Shown here one piece after another: positions 6,919 through 10,207 of a DNA stretch of 10,207 nt; the first letter of the stretch is position 1, and each line of letters opens with the position of its first letter. The DNA lies in the NCBI GenBank assembly GCA_046498225.1, contig JAWOBF010000120.1:1-10207 (forward strand), given 5' to 3'. Below the pieces are notes generated by a model that searched no databases, was not told the origin of the DNA, and worked only from the letters and a program-made list of their open reading frames with translations. A program made the translations under genes and the position numbers. Origin of the DNA: Candidatus Aegiribacteria sp. Lineage in GTDB: Bacteria > Fermentibacterota > Fermentibacteria > Fermentibacterales > JCC-6.

Positions 6919-8595
6919 ATGAAGTATGCATTCATCATGCTCATATTCGCAATGACCGCGTCGGCGGAGATGTCCGTGTGCGGCACCGAGGAGCTTCTTC
7001 CCATAGGTTATACCGAGGAGGAATTGCTTCTTCTCGACGACATTGTGATAAACGCCGTTCCCACCTCTCCGCCACCGGAGGGAACCTTCAACCCCGGGGA
7101 GTACGACCCGGCGGAGGGCGTTTTCGTCAGGTGGACCCTTGGAGTACCATACAGTCTCATCGTGGCTTTCTCCCAGGAGACCACCGTGTGGGTCATCTGC
7201 GAATCGTACCAGCAGAGTACGGTTGAATCGGCGTTCATCAACGCGGGTGTCAACATGGACAATGTAGATTACGTTTTCGCCCCCACCAACTCCATATGGG
7301 TAAGGGATTACGGCCCATGGTTCGTACTTCTGGAGGACGGCACCCAGGGCATCTTCAACTACACCTACAACAGGTTGTCCAGGCCGGATGACAATGACAT
7401 TCCGAACCAGGTGGGAGCGGCCTGGGGCATACCGGTATACACTTCGACCATTATGCATACAGGCGGGAACTACATGTCCAGCGGCTTCGGCCAGGCCATG
7501 TCCACGGACATGGTCTACTCGGAGAACGGGGGGGACGAGGACTGGGTGGATTCACAGATGGAGCTCTACCTGGGAATAGATAACTACGTTACCATGCCGG
7601 ACCCCCAGGGGAGCTACATAGACCACATAGACTGCTGGGCCAAGATGCTTTCTCCGAATAGGCTGATGGTCCTTCAGGTGCCGCCGGGCCATGGGGATTA
7701 CGCTGCGCTGGAGGCCGCGGCCGACATGCTGGAGAGCACAGCGAGCCCATACGGCACGGACTGGGAGGTTTTCAGGGTCTTCAGCAGCGGCAGCGAGGGA
7801 TACACCAACTGTCTCATCAACGATGATACCGTCTATCTGCCTCTCTGGGGAACAAGTTACGATGACGCTGCCGTCGCCTCGTACCAGGAGGCAATGCCCG
7901 GCTACACCGTTCAGGGTTTCGAGTATGGCGGGTGGGAATCCACCGACGCCCTGCACTGCAGGACCAGGAACGTGATGGACAACGAGATGCTTTTCATCAG
8001 GCACGTTCCGGTGGCCGACCAGCAGCCGGCGGACACTCCGGTGGCCATCGACGCCCTCATGAGGTGCCATCCTTCGAATACTCTCACCGCCCATGACGTT
8101 CACTACAGGGTGGGCACTTCGGGGCCGTTCACTTCCCTGGCCATGTCAGCGGCGGGCTCCGACTCCTTCACCGTGGAGATACCGGGTGTAACCGGGGGAC
8201 AGACGGTCCAGTACTACGTAGCCGGCGCGGACGATTCCGGAAGGAGCGAGTCCATGCCCAGGTTCGCCCCGGACACCTGGTTCTTCGAGTACCAGACCTC
8301 GGCCACCGGAACGGGGGGCGGAGAACTGGCTACCGGAGTGATCGTGGGGTCCCCCCGGCCCAATCCGTTCCACAGCGCCGTTACCATTGAATACTCCATC
8401 TCCTCCCCCTCTCCGGTGGTAATGACCGTGAGCGATATCTCCGGAAGACTTCTGCACCGCGGGGAGAACGTGCTCGACCCCGGGGCCGGTTCACTGACAT
8501 GGACACCGGATGAAACGGTTCCCGCGGGACTCTACGTGGTGAGGCTGGAAGGAATTGACTGGAGCCATTCCCAGAGGGTGACCCTGATACGGTAG
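6919..8595 (+). CDS. Secreted peptidylarginine/agmatine deiminase family protein (PPAD-like) with Ig-like domain and T9SS-type C-terminal sorting domain
   Basis: Start moved from 6754 to ATG 6919 (RBS GGAGG 6908-6912). 558 aa. Signal peptide MKYAFIMLIFAMTASA. Catalytic motifs WVRDYGP (7297-7317), TGGN, YIDHIDCWAK (7615-7644), YTN (7801-7809) and DALHCRT (7945-7965). C-terminal PNPF...DISGR...GLYVVRL...RVTLIR. Confidence 0.9.
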   Translation: MKYAFIMLIFAMTASAEMSVCGTEELLPIGYTEEELLLLDDIVINAVPTSPPPEGTFNPGEYDPAEGVFVRWTLGVPYSLIVAFSQETTVWVICESYQQSTVESAFINAGVNMDNVDYVFAPTNSIWVRDYGPWFVLLEDGTQGIFNYTYNRLSRPDDNDIPNQVGAAWGIPVYTSTIMHTGGNYMSSGFGQAMSTDMVYSENGGDEDWVDSQMELYLGIDNYVTMPDPQGSYIDHIDCWAKMLSPNRLMVLQVPPGHGDYAALEAAADMLESTASPYGTDWEVFRVFSSGSEGYTNCLINDDTVYLPLWGTSYDDAAVASYQEAMPGYTVQGFEYGGWESTDALHCRTRNVMDNEMLFIRHVPVADQQPADTPVAIDALMRCHPSNTLTAHDVHYRVGTSGPFTSLAMSAAGSDSFTVEIPGVTGGQTVQYYVAGADDSGRSESMPRFAPDTWFFEYQTSATGTGGGELATGVIVGSPRPNPFHSAVTIEYSISSPSPVVMTVSDISGRLLHRGENVLDPGAGSLTWTPDETVPAGLYVVRLEGIDWSHSQRVTLIR

Positions 8596-8606
8596 CCGTC
8601 TTGGGA

Positions 8607-9434
8607 ATGCGTCCTCCGGACCGGGAGAAGCTCAGGGAATGCCTCGAGCGCATCTATGCGGAGTACAATCGCAGGGAACTGATACATCCGGACCCGCTGG
8701 AGTTCCTCTGGAGGTACGGTAATACCGCCGACCGGGAGATAGCCGGCCTGGTGGCTTCAGGACTGGCCTACGGCAGGGTTGGCCAGATACTGAAGAGTAC
8801 GGAAAAGGTCCTGGGTCTTCTTGGACCGTCCCCCTCCGAAACCCTTGCCGGTCTCTCAGAAAAAGAGCTTCTTCGGGCCCTTGGCGATTTCCGGCACAGG
8901 TTCACCACGGCCCCGGAGATGGCCGCCCTTCTCAGTTCGGCCTCTTCCATACAGAGGGAATGGGGTCTCATGGGCAACATGCTCGGTGCCCTGATGGCGG
9001 AGGGTTCATACGACGCCGCCCTGGACGGGTTCGCCCGGGGGATACTGAACGGGGCCGGCCTGGACAGGTGCAGCCTTCTTCCCCGTCCGTCGCGCGGAAG
9101 CGCATGCAAGAGGCTTCATCTGTTCATGAGGTGGATGGTCAGGAGCGACGACGTCGACCCCGGGGGATGGGAGGACATTCCCCCCTCGGTTCTCATGGTC
9201 CCGGTTGACGTTCATATGTACAGGCTCTCCATTGGGCTGGGGTTCACCGAAAGGAAAACCGCGACCCGCCTGACAGCCATGGACGTTACCGGGGGATTTC
9301 GACTGATCAATCCCGATGACCCCGTGAAGTACGATTTTTCCCTTACCAGAATGGGTATACAGGGCAGGGAGAGCGATGAGCTGTTCCGTGACCTGCTTCT
9401 TGAACACTGCTGTTTCATTGACACGGGGCACTGA
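8607..9434 (+). CDS. TIGR02757 / DUF2400 family protein (HhH-GPD-related, function unknown)
   Basis: Motifs DPLEF, DREIAGLVASGLAYGRVGQI, SACKRLHLFMRWMVR, DPGGW, PVDVH and DPVKYDFSL are characteristic of this family. Start is ATG 8607 or TTG 8601. Confidence 0.88.
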   Translation: MRPPDREKLRECLERIYAEYNRRELIHPDPLEFLWRYGNTADREIAGLVASGLAYGRVGQILKSTEKVLGLLGPSPSETLAGLSEKELLRALGDFRHRFTTAPEMAALLSSASSIQREWGLMGNMLGALMAEGSYDAALDGFARGILNGAGLDRCSLLPRPSRGSACKRLHLFMRWMVRSDDVDPGGWEDIPPSVLMVPVDVHMYRLSIGLGFTERKTATRLTAMDVTGGFRLINPDDPVKYDFSLTRMGIQGRESDELFRDLLLEHCCFIDTGH

Positions 9435-9518
9435 CGCGGAATATGCTCCGATGACCGCCCTGCCGGACTCGGCATATTGCTATTGACCAGAGGGACGGAA
9501 GGACTATCGGGTTTTAAC

Positions 9519-10202
9519 ATGCTGCTTCCCATCCTTGCTTCCATACTTCCGGCGTTTCTGTGGATGGTCCTGTTCTACAGGAGCGACAGGTACGCTCCGG
9601 AACCGAAGAAACTGGTGGCCAGGACTTTCCTGGTAGGCGCCCTGGTTGGCGCCGCCATGGTCTTCTCCCTGAAGGAGCTTCCATTCAAGCTGGCCATCAT
9701 ATACTCATCTGTATTCATCGCTCCCGTCTCCGAGGAGACGGCCAAATTCCTCTCCGTCAGATGGACGGTCTACAACAACAGGGAGTTCAACGAGCCGGTG
9801 GACGGCATGGTGTACGCCACCGCGGCGGCCCTGGGGTTCGCTTCGGTGGAGAACGTCATCTACGTGCTGAACAGCTGGCTTGCCGGAGGTCCCGAAGTGG
9901 GGGTGATGGTGCTGGCGGGAAGGTCGGTTCTGAGCGTACCCGCCCACGCCCTGTTTTCCAGCATATGGGGTCTGGCCCTGGGATGGCACAAGAAGAGGGG
10001 GACTTTCCGGTCCGGCCTGTTCGTGGTCGCCGGACTGCTGGGAGGGATGGCGCTTCACGGTCTCTTCAATTTCCTGGTGAGCGAGAACCTGCTTGGCGGT
10101 TTCGTGTTCCTGGCTTTCCTGGGACTTTCCTGGAGGATGGTGTTCATCCTTATAAAAAGGGCACTGCTTCCTCCGGCGGAACAGGACGCCGTGAAGAGCT
10201 GA
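9519..10202 (+). CDS. prsW: PrsW-family glutamic-type intramembrane protease
   Basis: DRYAPEP N-terminal motif, EETAK, DGMVY...ALGFASVEN, PAHA and LHGLFN, with multiple TM helices. Start is probably ATG 9519 (TTG 9477/9483 are alternatives). TGA at 10200-10202. Confidence 0.9.
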   Translation: MLLPILASILPAFLWMVLFYRSDRYAPEPKKLVARTFLVGALVGAAMVFSLKELPFKLAIIYSSVFIAPVSEETAKFLSVRWTVYNNREFNEPVDGMVYATAAALGFASVENVIYVLNSWLAGGPEVGVMVLAGRSVLSVPAHALFSSIWGLALGWHKKRGTFRSGLFVVAGLLGGMALHGLFNFLVSENLLGGFVFLAFLGLSWRMVFILIKRALLPPAEQDAVKS

Positions 10203-10207
10203 TCAGA

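Noticed and set aside
6754..7004. Overlapping long N-termini for EamA (from 7004) and the deiminase (from 6754)
   Set aside because: Both have better downstream ATGs with RBSs (6821 and 6919), leaving a normal 97-nt divergent intergenic region.
1..10207. CRISPR array, tRNA/rRNA, IS/transposase, integrase, prophage or defence island
   Set aside because: I saw no regularly spaced repeats, cloverleaf or rRNA-like segments, or recombinase motifs. All intergenic gaps are about 150 nt or shorter, and composition looks uniform.

Overview
A GC-rich (about 60% by eye), gene-dense bacterial window with nine protein-coding genes. I found no rRNA, tRNA, CRISPR array or mobile element. Left to right: (1) a partial, probably exported, acidic hypothetical protein on the minus strand, missed by the ORF track and tightly coupled to (2) a divergent EF-G paralogue (EF-G2/EF-G II type) with several non-canonical GTPase motifs; (3) a small membrane-anchored protein with a topoisomerase-type C4 zinc ribbon; (4-5) a two-gene amino-acid dehydrogenase/oxidase operon of the sarcosine oxidase/dye-linked proline dehydrogenase type, with the 2Fe-2S, FAD/NAD, 2x4Fe-4S and BFD modules fused in one chain; (6) a single-domain EamA transporter; (7) a secreted deiminase whose motifs and layout closely follow Porphyromonas peptidylarginine deiminase (PPAD), including a T9SS-type C-terminal sorting domain; (8) a TIGR02757/DUF2400 protein; (9) a PrsW-family intramembrane protease. 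The sorting domain and gene content suggest an FCB-superphylum anaerobe, possibly Ca. Fermentibacterota-like (inference only). The most interesting leads are the PPAD-like secreted enzyme, the near absence of lysine in the exported proteins, and the degenerate EF-G2 G-motifs. All family assignments come from motif recognition by eye, not from database searches.
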